This document shows, piece after piece, positions 27,586-42,345 of a stretch of 64,000 bases of DNA. The notes under the pieces are model-generated. The model made no database searches. It saw only the letters and a program-made list of their open reading frames with translations, and was not told where the DNA came from. The stretch is from Eledone cirrhosa. Taxonomy: Eukaryota. The translations under genes and the position numbers were made by a program. The stretch is taken from positions 4,464,001-4,528,000 of the forward strand of contig OZ024748.1 of NCBI GenBank assembly GCA_964016885.1. Direction: 5' to 3'. How positions within the stretch are numbered: position 1 is the first letter of the stretch; each line of letters begins with the position of its first letter.

Positions 27586-28217
27586 CTATATATTTAAACA
27601 TACATATAGATGTACATACCTAAATTATCTTCGTCTAGAGTGACGTTACTTGATTTGATAAAGTTAACCGTAAACCTCAGTGATAACCAGTTTTGATATT
27701 TTCAAATGAACCTCTATTTTTTTCTTACACTCTCCATCAAAAAACAACCCCAAACTCGTTTTAATATATGTTAATTGAAATTTTATCGGGTTTCTTTTTA
27801 ATTAGGAATTTTATATTAAATTTTATTTATTTTTTGACATCGAAAATACACGTTAATGGTTCGTTTTGTTTTCGTTTATTCTATTGTTGTTTAGTTTTTG
27901 TTCGCTGTTTGTGACTAACAAACAGCGAACAGCAGAGGACATGTACCATTCCTCTCCGACAGATAACTCCCCCCCCACCCGGAAAACCCCCCAGTTGATG
28001 GATGTGAATCCGAAATATAGGGACAATTAAATCTTTCCCAAGGTAACTCTATCTCGTGTTATTATTTTTATTTTTTCCGCTCTTTCCTACGTTCCTCTAC
28101 ACACTATACATCTCATTCTACATTTCATTACATCTCTCTCTTCACCACCGGATCCTGTAACCCGGAGAATTACCCATCTGCATTGTTGAGGCTTCCAAAA
28201 CGACCTTAAGAAAATAA

Positions 28218-28252
<35 letters not shown>

Positions 28253-28282
28253 AAAGGCTTTGGAACCGCGACGGCTGTTCTC

Positions 28283-28405
28283 ACTCCTGTCATTTCAACA
28301 GCTGTTGAAATGACAGGAGCTCACCCGTCGGGGTTGATAAAATAAAAGTACCAGTCACGCACTGGGGTAATGCTGGCCTTGTGCCAAAAGTAGAAACAAT
28401 TATTG
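28283..28405 (+). mobile_element. 36-bp perfect palindrome (family A-like) fused to SINE 3' half
   Basis: CTCCTGTCATTTCAACAG|CTGTTGAAATGACAGGAG, then CTCACCCGTCGGGGT running into TGATAAAATAAAAGTACCAGT. Confidence 0.65.
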
Positions 28406-28544
28406 TTGTAAAAAATCATGTGACTTAGAAGAATCGTTAGAGCATCGGATAAGATGTGCCGTGACATTCTAACTTTAAACTCTGCCAAGTAACATTTAAC
28501 GGTCATCATTCTCGGATCTATAAGATTCGAATTGTTAAAAGGAC

Positions 28545-28750
28545 ATTACAGTTACATTGCACACATTGCAGTTACATTGCACACACTGCAGTTACATTGC
28601 ACACATTGCAGTTACATTGCACACACTGCATTTACATTGCACATACTGCAGTTACATTGCACACACTGCAGTTACATTGCACACATTGCAGTTACATTGC
28701 ACACACTGCAGTTACATTGCACACACTGCAGTTACATTGCACACATTGCA
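28545..28750. repeat. 20-bp tandem repeat TGCAGTTACATTGCACACA(C/T) x about 10
   Basis: Directly visible. Confidence 0.95.
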
Positions 28751-29148
28751 GAGAAAATGGTTTCAAGTTCGAGGGACTCATAAATATTGGTACATACTGA
28801 CTGGTGAATTAAACACACACACACACACACACGCGCGCACACACACACACATACTCTCTCTCTTTCTCTCTCTCACACACAGACATGTATGGTGAAGCAG
28901 TAATCCCTTTAAGAATATATATATATATATACAAACGCATATATACGAACTCACACAACTATGTGTTAATTGCATGAAATATATATATGAATGTTCCAGT
29001 ATTTTTGAGGTATGATATATATATATACATATATATGCGTGTGTTGTGTGTGTGTGTACATATTTATATATATGTACACGTTTATATATGTACATACGTA
29101 TGTATGTATATATACATGTTTATATATATTTACACACACACATATATT

Positions 29149-29179
<31 letters not shown>

Positions 29180-29194
29180 AGAATATATATATAG

Positions 29195-29228
<34 letters not shown>

Positions 29229-29577
29229 TATATATAATGTATATAATGTACATATCTATACATATAATTAGACGTAAATCTTAATATCTCAAGTTGAGAG
29301 AACCGTAACCTCAATCGCGGTTTTATCGTCGCGCCATCTCTAGACCTTGTTTATATGCCCTATATGTCTTGCCAGCCGTACAGTTTCCTCCATAGTAAAG
29401 AGCGTGATGGCCAAGTCAAGGCGCCGTTCTCCCTCCCGTAACGTCTATATATCTAGATTGCTCGCATTCTCATTGCTTGGATCCAAAGGCGGCAATTTCT
29501 CTCTCTTGATTGTCAAAAGGGCGTATGTTTATTTTCTAAATAGGCCATGGTCTTTTGGCGAATATATATATATATAT

Positions 29578-29657
<80 letters not shown>

Positions 29658-29713
29658 CACATAAATATATGTAAACATAACTATATAAATACATAAACAT
29701 CTATACGCACGCT

Positions 29714-29769
<56 letters not shown>

Positions 29770-29796
29770 CATATACACACACACACACGCACACAC

Positions 29797-29847
<51 letters not shown>

Positions 29848-30004
29848 TATATATATATATACACTCATACTGACACAGGCACACACAAACATACGCACGT
29901 ATATCTTCTATATGATATAGATATCATAGTTTTATTTCAGTGAGTATGTATAAATGTTAATGTGTGTTTATTTCTATATAGCGTAGGGGACTAAATATGA
30001 ATTG

Positions 30005-30044
<40 letters not shown>

Positions 30045-30123
30045 GTATGTATGTATGTATGTATGTACGTATGTATGTATATTTATCAAATATGCATACA
30101 CATACTGACGTCTTCTCTCTCTC

Positions 30124-30195
<72 letters not shown>

Positions 30196-30364
30196 GCGCG
30201 CACTCACAGACTCTCACTCATCCCCGCGCGCATTTTTACTTGTTGTTTATTCGCTGACGCTAAATAAGTTGTAAAAACGCGTTAATGCATAACGACACGG
30301 CGAAAGACAGCATCCCCTCCATTTCTGTTTTGTTAAATTTGTGTAAACGTACACACTTACATAC

Positions 30365-30402
<38 letters not shown>

Positions 30403-30539
30403 GTATGTGCACACACATATATATATATATGTATGTGTGTGTCTGTGTAATGCATGTATATGTGCGTTCGTGCTCACAGGCACACATAAACGCTCACATA
30501 CACAATATCTCTCTGCCTATCTGTCTGCCTGTCCCTCTG

Positions 30540-30595
<56 letters not shown>

Positions 30596-30849
30596 TCTCT
30601 CACACACACACCTATATGTGTATGCTGTATGACAATCTAAAAAAAGAACTCAAATGGAAAAAAGGAAAGAAAAGAGTAACGAAAATAAACATTGAAGAAA
30701 AAAAGAACCAAAAAAAAAAAATAAAGGCAAAGGAAAAATGAACGTCATAAATGTTTCGACCAATAAAATGTGTTTGAAGGCGGAGAGAAATGTTTCCAAG
30801 ATATTCCTTACCAATGTTTGAGTCTCAGATATTTAGTGGAGGCCAGCGA

Positions 30850-31365
30850 ATTGCAGAAATGGAAGAATGCAGAGAATTAAAAATCTTTCTTTCTTCATTT
30901 ACATTTCTTGAAGATCCGAGCTCAAATTTCACTTGGGAATCTTGACCAAGTATTTCCCACCCTAGGGTCGCTGAAATAAATACTTGTGGAATCGTCGCAA
31001 CGTTAGAAATAAATTGATGGGCAGTATCGCTAGAGCTTGTCGGCATTCAGTTACGGCCCTTTACGTTCTACGTTCAAATCCAGAAATGGTAGAATGCAGA
31101 GAATTAAATAGTTTCTTCCTTTATACATTCATTCAATTTCTTGAAGATCCCAGCTCAAATTTCACTTGGGGTAACTCGATCATGTATTCCCTCCCACCGT
31201 GGCATTCAACTAAATACCTGGATAATTGTTGCAACGGTAGAAATGATTTGATTGGCATTATCGCGAGAACTTTGGTCAATAATATGCTTGTCGGCATAGA
31301 GTTACGGCCCTTTACGCTCTAAGTTCAAATCCTAGCCAGGTTAGCTTTTCCTTTTAGGGTCGAAA
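30850..31365 (+). repeat. degenerate SINE heads interleaved with an approximately 88-bp direct duplication (30853-30938 and 31081-31170)
   Basis: CAGAAATGG.AGAATGCAGAGAATTAAA...TTCTTGAAGATCC.AGCTCAAATTTCACTTGGG twice; GTTACGGCCCTTTACG twice. Confidence 0.6.
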
Positions 31366-31652
31366 ACAGCCTTGCGGTGTTTAATTATGATGTGGTGATG
31401 TTAATGATGATGATGATGACAGTGATAAAGATGACTGCAGTGGAGGTGGGAATGATAATAATGGAGGGGGGTGGGGGGTGGCGGTGTTAGTGGTTCTTGT
31501 GATGATGGTGATGATGGCGATGCCGTTGATGATGGCGATGGTGTTGGTGATGATGACAATGGCGGTGATAATGATGACTACTACGATGATACGATGATGA
31601 TGATGATGACGACGATGGCACCAATGATTAAGACATTGACAGTGCTGCTATG

Positions 31653-31721
<69 letters not shown>

Positions 31722-31727
31722 CACACG

Positions 31728-31759
<32 letters not shown>

Positions 31760-32092
31760 TATATATATATATATATATATATATAAAGAATAGCTGGTCT
31801 CTTCCTTCAGCCCTCTTGAGGTGACTTAATGACTTCACAACGTTGACATTAGTTTACCTTTCATTCTATAATTCTTCCATTCTGCGATTCATTCTATCAT
31901 TCTTTCATTGTCAGACTTCATTTTGATTTCTTTTCACTTCTCTCCCTTTATTTATTATATTTGTTTTATTTATTTATTTATTTATTTGTTTATTTGATAA
32001 CTGGTTCGATTAAAATATCATTAACCTCGTCAACAAGGAAATTGAGAAACGAATAGAAATCAAAACGCAGGCATAGTACACACACGCACACT

Positions 32093-32170
<78 letters not shown>

Positions 32171-32381
32171 GCATTATATATGCATATAAATATACATTGT
32201 GTGCATATATATATGATGTATATATATATATATTTATATTTATATATATGCATATAAATATACAATATATATGTATATATATATATATGCATATACATAA
32301 ACATTATATATATATATATACATTATATATATGCATATGAATATACATCATATATATATATATATATACATCATATATATA

Positions 32382-32422
<41 letters not shown>

Positions 32423-32686
32423 TTCATAAATACACATATATGTATATACATAACTACATGTATATATATGGTGCAAATCAACGACAACGCAACAACAACA
32501 ACAACAACAATAACAACAGCAGCAGCAACAACAATAATAAAATGAAATAAAGATAAATGTATTATTGTTGCAAGATCGACAAAAGTCCTGACCTTTCAAG
32601 ACACTTGAAAGTAAGAAAACGACGTTTAGTTTAGTTTTCTGAAGCTGTTTTCAATAATATATATATATATTTAAATATATATATAT

Positions 32687-32751
<65 letters not shown>

Positions 32752-32754
<3 letters not shown>

Positions 32755-32926
32755 AGGGCGGGTAAAATTCCCGAGATCCATGGACGAGTTCTCTCGAGCG
32801 GTCTCTGTCCCTCATTATCGCTGCCATGTCCTGCGTCTCCAACAGACCAGTATCTGTCCTTAGGGCATCAACATACGTTAACCTTAGTCTTCCTCTTCCA
32901 GTGTGTCCATGTAGGGACTCCCACAG
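32752..32926 (-). mobile_element. RTE-X-like LINE 3' remnant
   Basis: Minus-strand LWESLHGHTGRGRLRLTYVDALRTDTGLLETQDMAAIMRDRDRSR resembles the RTE/RTE-X post-RT C-terminal motif. Confidence 0.7.
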
Positions 32927-32960
32927 TAGTTATGTATATACATATATGTGTATTTATGAA

Positions 32961-33017
<57 letters not shown>

Positions 33018-33225
33018 CTTCAGCTACCCCTTCCTTCCACAAATTGCCATGATAGAATTATGTGTCTCAACAACAAACTTTTGACCAATCCTTGTGACAA
33101 TCACTTTTACCATATATGGAATTATCCCCTGAGAAGATCGGCTATTCATGTACCAGGATAAAAATGTTCATTTAGTCCAGAATTAGCCGAGCTCAGCCGT
33201 CGGGGTCATACTTTTTCCTCTCTCC

Positions 33226-33261
<36 letters not shown>

Positions 33262-33539
33262 TGTTCAAGTATAACCAATCAAACACAAATGCAACCTAAC
33301 AAAGTCTTCTAGGGAATGAATACAAATAAATATTTCAACGTTTCGTATGTTAGTCCTTCACCAGGAGAGAGTAAAAAATTTAGAGTAGAGGGGAGAGGAC
33401 ATATAAAAAAAAGTAAACACATCAGACACTCGTTGTGTAACAAAGACTAGATGAAACGATGATGATGATAATGATGATAATTATATTGATGATGATAATT
33501 TTGTGAAGAAGAGGAAGAATTTAAAGAAATGGAAAAAGA

Positions 33540-34290
33540 TGACAATGATGATGATGGGGATGGTGTTTATGATGATAGTGTTGATGGTGATGGAGGTGTT
33601 GATGGTGGTGGTAATTATGGTGTTGTTGGTGATGGCGGTTATGATGGTGGTGATGATGGTGATGGTGGTGCTGGTGATGGTGTTTGATGGTGATGGTATT
33701 TATGATGGTGGTGTTGATGATGATGGTGGCAATGATGGTGATGGTGATGATGGTGATGATGGGGATGATGGTGTTGTTGGTGGGGATGGTTATGATGGTG
33801 GTGATGATGGTGAGGATGCTGATGATAATGTTGATTGTGGTGGTATGTATGGAGATTGTGTTAGTGTTTGTGTTGGTGGGACGGTGGGGACGATATGTGT
33901 AGAGATTATGGTGACGTTGTTGGTGATGATGGTGTGATATAAGATTGTGGAGGTGGTTGTGGTGGCATTATCGTTGGTTATGGTGGTGGTTTGTATAGAG
34001 ATGTTGGTGGTGTTGCTGGTGATGGTGGTTGTATGATGGGGGTTGTGGTGGTGGTAGTATGTATTGCGATTTTGGTGGTATTGCTGGTGATGGTGGTGGT
34101 ATGATGGAGGTTGTGGTGGTGGTAGTATGTATTGCGATTATGGTGGTGTTGCTGGTTATGGTAGTGGCGTGTATGGAAATTGTGGTATCATTGTTACTTC
34201 TGGTGGTGGCGGTATGTATAGAGATGATGCTGGTGTTACTGGTTATAATAACAGTGTATATAGAGAATGTGCTAGCGTTTGTGTTGGTGA
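33540..34290. repeat. degenerate (GGT/GAT)n low-complexity tract
   Basis: Directly visible. Confidence 0.85.
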
Positions 34291-34789
34291 TGTAAATCAA
34301 GGCTTCAGTAATAAAAGAAATGGGGCGATATTCTAAGTCGAAGCCAACAATGTTATAAGGTCTCTATTTGTACAGTTGAATGACGAAAGTGTCATATTCA
34401 CCCCTACCCCACCGAGTCTAACCAATTGACTACCACCACACCCCAATACTACATTGTTCTAGAACGTTCTGTGCCATATTCCCAAGATTCAATATTTAGA
34501 ACATTCGGGAAGCAGCATGTTTGAAAAAATGATTAATGAGAATTACAACTTTTCCGAACGCATAGTGGAACAATTCTTTGCTCCTTCAACTTTACGTAGT
34601 TTTCTATAGAACACAACTTTGCCCGCTGACTATCACACCTCTCTGTCTGAATATATGTATATATATATATATATAATTGTGTATGTCTGTGTGTGTGTAT
34701 ATGTCTTTGTGCCCTTGTGTATTAATGTATGCGTGTGTAAATAGATATATATGTTTATATATATGTGTATATATATATTTATGTATATT

Positions 34790-34825
<36 letters not shown>

Positions 34826-35431
34826 AATATATATATATGTATATATATCTATATATCTATATATGTGTGTATATAAACATAATTATACATGTGAATAAGT
34901 ATATATATGTATATATATATATATATTTCAATATTTGTACCATCTTCTCTCCCTCATCTCACCCTTCTTTCTATTGAAAATCAAACACATTACAAGTTTC
35001 TCAAAAGATTTTCCTCTCTTTCTATAACTTACAAAGTGCTATTTACCTTTAGACTCACAAAGTCTCTTGTTGCTTTATCTCTATTTATCATTTGGTGTCG
35101 TCTGCTTCCTCTGTTTTACCTATAAATCTGTCTTCCTATCTAACTATCTTTCTATCTATCTACCTTCTTCATAAGAAATATAGCTTTCTGTCTACCTACC
35201 TTCTTATTTAACTACCTACAAGCATATCTATCTACCTACTTATCTATATACCTACGTAGCTACCTATCTATATATCTGTTTATCTATCTAACTACCTAAC
35301 AAACCATCCCCCTAATTACTTAACTACCCGTTCATATGCCCAAGTAACTATCTAACCTCTATCTCTATTTCTCTCTTACCCTTCCTCTTGCTCCCCCTCC
35401 CTCCCACTCTCTCTCACTCTCTCTCACCCCT

Positions 35432-35470
<39 letters not shown>

Positions 35471-35546
35471 CACCTCAAGTATCGAGTACTCTGAATAATG
35501 CTCTAACTAGTTTCAAACTAAATCCATTCCGATTTATATATATATA

Positions 35547-35938
35547 CTAGCAGATGTACCCGGCGTTGCTCGGGAAATGAATGACAGCCCGAATTGTTCA
35601 AGGTCGTTTATGGCTTAGCTAGCAATTTCTGAGTGCATGTCAGCTTATGTCAGCTCATTGGCTAGCCAATGAGAGGTCGGCTCAATAGCACGTGCCAAAT
35701 CTGCCTAGTACTTCAAAAGTTAAAAGGAGCCTAGTATTTGTACACAGTCAGATACACACACAAAATCGATTTTTCGGCCCAATATCGATCTTTTTCAAAT
35801 TGCTCTGGCATATAAACAACATGTGTGCCAAATTTGGTTGAAATCGGCCTAGTACTTCAAAAGTTAAAAGGAGCCTAGTATTTGTACACAGACAGACAGA
35901 CAGACACACACAGACCGACTTGCTTTTATATATATAGA
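35547..35938 (-). mobile_element. non-autonomous Helitron
   Basis: Minus strand begins TC (TCTATATATATAAAAG), ends CTAG, inserted between A and T, subterminal hairpin CCCG.GCAACGCCGGG; internal 45-bp direct repeat at 35703 and 35847. Confidence 0.8.
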
Positions 35939-35951
35939 TATATATATATAT

Positions 35952-36133
35952 ATAATTTATTCTACTTTTGGCACAAGGCCAGCAATTACCCAGTACATTA
36001 CTGGTACTTTATTTTATCTACCCTGTAAGGATGAAAGGCAAAGTTAACCTCGGCGGGATTTGAACTCAGACCGTAACTATGCTAGAAAGCATGGCGTCCA
36101 ACCCTCTACCGATACTGCCATTTCACCGCCCTT
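35952..36133 (-). mobile_element. full-length SINE (short subfamily)
   Basis: Head AAGGGCGGTG through tail. Confidence 0.85.
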
Positions 36134-36307
36134 ATATATATATATAATAAAGAAAAAATTAAAAGATGGTTAAAAGAGTTCCATATATTTTATTATGCGC
36201 ATTTCGAATACAAAATCATCCTGGGACAAAAATTGTGTTCTCATCAGATATTGTGTTCTTATTTGATATATGCAGAGTTTTATTGTTCTACAATATTACT
36301 CACCTTC

Positions 36308-36384
<77 letters not shown>

Positions 36385-36533
36385 ATGTATAGGTATATGT
36401 ATAATAGGTGTGTATGTGTAACCAACTGTTGTAAAGAATGAACATAACCTTTGCCATCCCCAACACCACCAGAACCAATGGCATAAAGACACTACAACAA
36501 CATCAATAACAAACAATACCAACAATAACAATG

Positions 36534-36592
36534 AGAAGAAGAAGAAGAAGAAGAAGAAGAAGAAGAAGAAGAAGAAGAAGAAGAAGAAGAAG
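36534..36592. repeat. (AAG)n microsatellite
   Basis: Directly visible. Confidence 0.95.
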
Positions 36593-37548
36593 ACAACAAC
36601 ATAGATGAAGGCTAGCATCAATGATATCAAAGAAGTTGGTAGTTTAAGAATCATCTGAAGACAAGACACTACAGAAAGGACGATATAACTTTTTATTACC
36701 AATTCTCAAATTACTTTGTCTTTGTGACAATATGGCGATTTATGAACCCTATGTCTCCTCCAGTCTTTCTCTCTCTCTATATATACTATGCTCTCTACTT
36801 CTCTCTCCCTAGTTCTCTCCCTCCCCCCTCTCTCTCTCTCGTTACACGCACATAAGTGTGCGTGTATGTCTGTGTGTGGAGATGTGTGTGTGTGTATGTG
36901 TGTATTTTGTTTGCATGCGTTATAGTGCTCGAAACACTATGTTTACATTTGGAAGATTCCAGATTCCAGGCGCTATATTGGTACCACACACACACACACA
37001 CACATATGCAAACAGATTCACACACTCACACACACACACACACAAACACACACACAAACATATGCAAACAGATTCACACACACACAAACATGCAAACAGA
37101 TTCACACACACACACAAACATGCAAACAGATTCACACACACACACACACAAACAGATTCACACACACACACATACACGCACACACACACACACACACACA
37201 CATATCCAAACAGAATCACACACATGCCACATACACCCATACAAACAGTTAATAACACAAACAATATTGTCTAAAGTATGACTGTGATACCAAGATCAAA
37301 CAAGTAACCGCTAGACTTAGAAGACACCTGAACGTTTAGCTAACGATCTAATACTTTTGTTTTGTATTTTCTGCCGTTTCTTTGTTGATATTTTCTGTTT
37401 CTTTCAGTTTATAATTGAATTTATTTTACATTACAGTAACATTAAATCTATTATCTTTCTCACTCACTCCTTGGCATAAGATATCTATCTATGACCATAT
37501 ATATATATATATATATATACCTATCTCTTTCTCCCCCTCTCTCTCTAA

Positions 37549-37626
<78 letters not shown>

Positions 37627-37779
37627 GGTCATAGAACCAAAGTATCGTCTATCTGCCTTCCTCCGGTTGCAACGATTTTTGAAATATTCACTTCTGCGTT
37701 CACAGATTGACTTTGTTAGTTTCAGAAGATCCCGTTAAGGGTGAAAGCAGCGATTCTTTGCTTAAACTTTAATCTGTTA

Positions 37780-37842
<63 letters not shown>

Positions 37843-37847
37843 GTGTC

Positions 37848-38021
37848 TGTCCCCGGTGACTGAGCTCTTGCCGTTTCAACAACTAGTTCCAGGTTCTAGA
37901 CTGGAGCTAGCTGTTGAAGCGGTAGGTCCCGACTCTTTCATATAACCCTACTTTACTACCCCAAGTATCGAGTACTCAGGTGAGTAACGATCTAAACAGT
38001 TTCTAACTGAACCCATCCTGA
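37848..38021 (+). mobile_element. diverged fold-back family A element
   Basis: Hairpin CCGTTTCAACAACTAG..CTAGCTGTTGAAGCGG plus tail TACTACCCCAAGTATCGAGTACTC..CCATCCTG(AT)n; tail-only pieces at 35473-35533 and 51517-51592. Confidence 0.65.
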
Positions 38022-38057
38022 TATATATATATGTATATATATATGTATATATATATA

Positions 38058-38274
<217 letters not shown>

Positions 38275-38306
38275 AAGGAGTGTAACACGAAGTTACTGAG
38301 TTACTG

Positions 38307-38678
38307 AGGGTCGGACGCCATGCTTTCCGGCATAGTAACGTCCCTTTACGATCTGAGTTCAAATCCCACCGAGGTTAACTTTGCCTTTCATCCTTACAGG
38401 TCGATAAAATAAAGTACCAGTAATGCACTGGGTAATTGCTGGACTTGTGCCTAAAGTAGAAACAATTATATTGGTGTATTAAGGGCGGTGGTTTGGCAGT
38501 ATCGGTAGAGGGTTGGACGCCATGCTTTGACGCATAGAGTTACGGCCCTTGCCATTCTGAGTTCAAATCCCGCCGGGGTTAACTTTGCCTTTCATCCTTA
38601 CGGGATCGATAAAATAAAGTACCAGTAATGCACTGGGATAATTGCTGGCCTTGTGCCAAAAGTAGAAACTCTTATTAT
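38307..38678 (+). mobile_element. head-to-tail SINE dimer
   Basis: Two copies joined at about 38470-38481. Confidence 0.85.
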
Positions 38679-38925
38679 TGGTGTTGTTATTATCAAAAAG
38701 ACATAGTGGTATAGATTCGGGGTCACTCTATATTTGCCCTCATCTCTCACATAACAAGTTTCTTTTAACACGTATGCCTCTACTTTTTTGATTGTGGCGT
38801 GAGAAGTATACAATTTAAGGAGTTCTATATCTGCTTTCTCTGATGGCCCTTGTATTGTTTGTGTATGTATTTGTGTGTGTGTGTGTGTGTGTGTGTCTCT
38901 CTCTCTCCCCTCTCTCTCTATCTCA

Positions 38926-38981
<56 letters not shown>

Positions 38982-39298
38982 GCATACACACACATATAAA
39001 TATATATATGTATAGGGAGAGTTATACATATATAGGTATATATATAAAGAGGTATGGTCTACCTTCCTTCCACCCCATACCCCTCTCTAGTTCCTTCTCT
39101 CATATTTCCTATGTTGCAATCAATCTTATAGTCACAACATACAATAGACCTTATTCTTGTTGCTGTTGTGGTTGTTTTTGTTGTTATTGTCGTTGTTGTT
39201 ATTGTCGTTAGTCTTCTTCTTCTTCTTCTTCTTGCATATCATTAACAAAAGATCATCGATTGAAACCTAATCAGATATTCACACCCCAAAACTACAAA

Positions 39299-39337
<39 letters not shown>

Positions 39338-39470
39338 CTATATATATATGTGTGTGCGTGTGTGTGTGTGTATGGAGAGAGAGAGACAATGATGGAGTGA
39401 AGGAAGGTGTGATACTGAGTATGCGCGGCCATTAGATGAAGAGATAGGTGGGAAACTACATAGATTAAAC

Positions 39471-39965
39471 CAAGCATGTCAAACTGAGGATCCCCAAGGG
39501 CCGCACGGGTCACATATGTGTTGTCTGAGGGCCGCACACGACAGCTAATTGTGCACATTACAACTAAGTAAAGCATTCATGAATACAAAGTAACGAAGTG
39601 GTTTGACAAAAAAATAACATTTTAAATGTCAACATATACTTGCAGCTTGCAACAGCAACAAATAATTTGTACAAAAATTACAACAGTTCAAAACTGAACA
39701 TTTATTTGTTACTATTCAACCATTTTTAGTGTTTTGTCCTGAGGCTTGACACTTCTTTTTGTTGACAATTTTTGGTATGTCTGTACAGTTCCAACTTTGA
39801 TCAGAGATGACAAGTGATGATCAGTCAGCCTTGTTCTCTGGGAAGTTTTTGTTAATTTCTACATAGGTAGAACCAAACATTGCCATAATCTTTGTGGCAA
39901 ACTTTCTTATGTTTTTAAACTTTTCAGGAAGGTAGGAAAAGAAACCAGGTATCTCTACTTCAAGA
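39471..39965 (-). mobile_element. hAT-Charlie (SPIN/GTF2IRD2-like) transposon 3' remnant
   Basis: Terminal CAAGCATGTCAAAC TIR-like end; minus-strand FFSYLPEKFKNIRKFATKIMAMFGSTYV..NKTSQRTRLTDHHLSSLIKV resembles the hAT dimerisation domain, with a deletion and frameshift. Confidence 0.8.
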
Positions 39966-40034
39966 TACATGCCTAGTCTATATAGAAGAGAAACCAAAAG
40001 GAAGATGGAATTTATGGAACACCCAAATGATTTA

Positions 40035-40480
40035 GAAGTCGACCTTAAGTAGGCGCAATAACATTAAGAAAGATATGAACGACACCACATGATTTTGTAT
40101 TGAAAGTTTTGAAAGTAGGTTTATAAGTATGAATTTTCAATAGATTTTTCGTAGCTATCTCAGTGGCCTAGCGGTAACTACTAGAGACGTTAAAGATCCT
40201 GCTCCTGGGTTCAATCCTGGTCAAGAGGTACATGTAATATTTTTCAGCTTTTATTTTACATCCCATAGAAAAAAAACTGAAAAGGTTTCTCCCGACTACT
40301 CCCGAACTTCAGACCATGACCACCACCGTCTATGAATCCTCCAACTAGGTCATCGAGACAGCTACAATAGTATAATAAAAATTAATAATTATAAACCTAC
40401 TTTCAAAATCAAAGTTAAAAAGATGTGGTGTCCTTCATGGCTTTCCTAGAGCTATTAGTCATATTTAGGGTTGACTTGTC
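40035..40480. mobile_element. old MITE-like element with long imperfect inverted repeats and tRNA-like interior
   Basis: GACACCACAT / ATGTGGTGTC, TTTTGAAAGTAGGTTTATAA / TTATAAACCTACTTTCAAAA, GTAGCT.TCTC / GAGA.AGCTAC; arm fragment at 40823-40860. Confidence 0.55.
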
Positions 40481-40572
40481 AATTTTCTGGCTCTTTGGTA
40501 ACAACCTATTATTCCTATGTACGTTTAACTGTTGAATTAATTTAATTTTATTATTTTATCAAACAAATAATG

Positions 40573-40715
<143 letters not shown>

Positions 40716-40786
40716 GCCAATCACTGTAAGTTTGAATCTCGTGTAGGACACCTCGGTTATTTTTCATTTTGTAAAAAAAACCTCAC

Positions 40787-40825
<39 letters not shown>

Positions 40826-40905
40826 ATTTTGAAAGTAGGTTTATAATTATCAATTTTCATTATGTATATATATATATATATAATGTCAATCAATCATTGT
40901 AAGTT

Positions 40906-40980
<75 letters not shown>

Positions 40981-41065
40981 ATACTTGGGGAGGGTCATAT
41001 TTGTGTAATATTGCCAGAATTAATAACAGAACACACTCACTGTTTGGTTGGTTTTCGCTTTTCGC

Positions 41066-41128
<63 letters not shown>

Positions 41129-41617
41129 CACACACGCACATATGTATATATATATATATTGATATTTTCTCCCGAATGAAACTGTTCTAGTCCTGTAGAA
41201 GCCATTTCTATATTAAATATGTTTTACTCTGCTATGTATTGAGTACCTTACTGTAGCTACCTCCGATTGAACCCAGACATACATACATACAGATACACAC
41301 ATATTTATCTCCTATCAGCCTAACTACCCTTTTAATTTATTTCATATCTTTAACGAAAGCGGGTGCTAATTATTCCATAATTGACACCCTTCTTTTTGTC
41401 CCTCCTCTCTCACTGTCCTATCATACCCACAATCCTCTTCTCCTCCTCCGCTACACTTCCATCTCACACTCTTCCTCCTCTATCGTCCCTTACACCCTTC
41501 TCCTCTCACTCCATAACACCTTTACACATATAAGGGTCACTGTTTCCTATCAGAGGAAGATTGATTAGCAATGCTGGAGATCAGAAAGACTGCCAACGTG
41601 TGGGTATGTGTTGAATA

Positions 41618-41664
<47 letters not shown>

Positions 41665-42050
41665 ATATAAATATATATGTATGTATATAAATATGTATGT
41701 ATATATATAAATATATATGTATGTATATAAATATGTATGTATATATATAAATATATATGTATGTATATAAATATATATGAATGTATGAATATATATGAAT
41801 ATATATGTGTGCATATAAATATGTATGTATATATACAAATATATATGTGTGTATATAAATATTTATGTATATATATAAATATATATGTGTGTATATATAT
41901 ATGTATGAATATATATAAATATATGTGTATATATATAAATATATATATGGTACCGACATATGGTCAAATCACTGGAGCTCCGACCAATCAGTATTGTAGA
42001 GGTAACTACAGCTACATACTGTATATTATACAATTACATTTATGCTTTGA

Positions 42051-42345
42051 AGCATAGAGTTGTGGCCCTTGCCATTTCGAGTTCAAATCCCGCCGAGGTT
42101 AACTTTGACTTTCATTATTACGGGGTCGATAAAATAAAGTATCAGTAATACACTGGGTAATTGCTGGCCTTGTGCCGAAAGTAGAAACAATTATATATAT
42201 TATCATTGGCAGGATCGGTAGAGTGTCGGACAACATACTTTGCAGCATAGAGTTACGGCCCTTTATGATCTGAGTTCAAATCCTGCCGAGGTTAGCTTTG
42301 CTTTACGAGGTCGATAAAATAAAGTACCACTAAAGTACTGGGGTC
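42051..42345 (+). mobile_element. head-to-tail SINE dimer
   Basis: Two cores, junction at about 42190-42207. Confidence 0.8.

Noticed and set aside
27899-27931. Short hairpin as terminator or element end
   Set aside because: Isolated inverted repeat of about 13 bp with no family context; could be chance.
33333-33368. Functional hammerhead (CTGGTGA..GAAACGTT, minus strand)
   Set aside because: Core A6 is mutated and stems are poorly paired; at most a dead Penelope-like relic.
40150-40230. tRNA gene
   Set aside because: Degenerate and part of an inverted-repeat element; does not fold convincingly.
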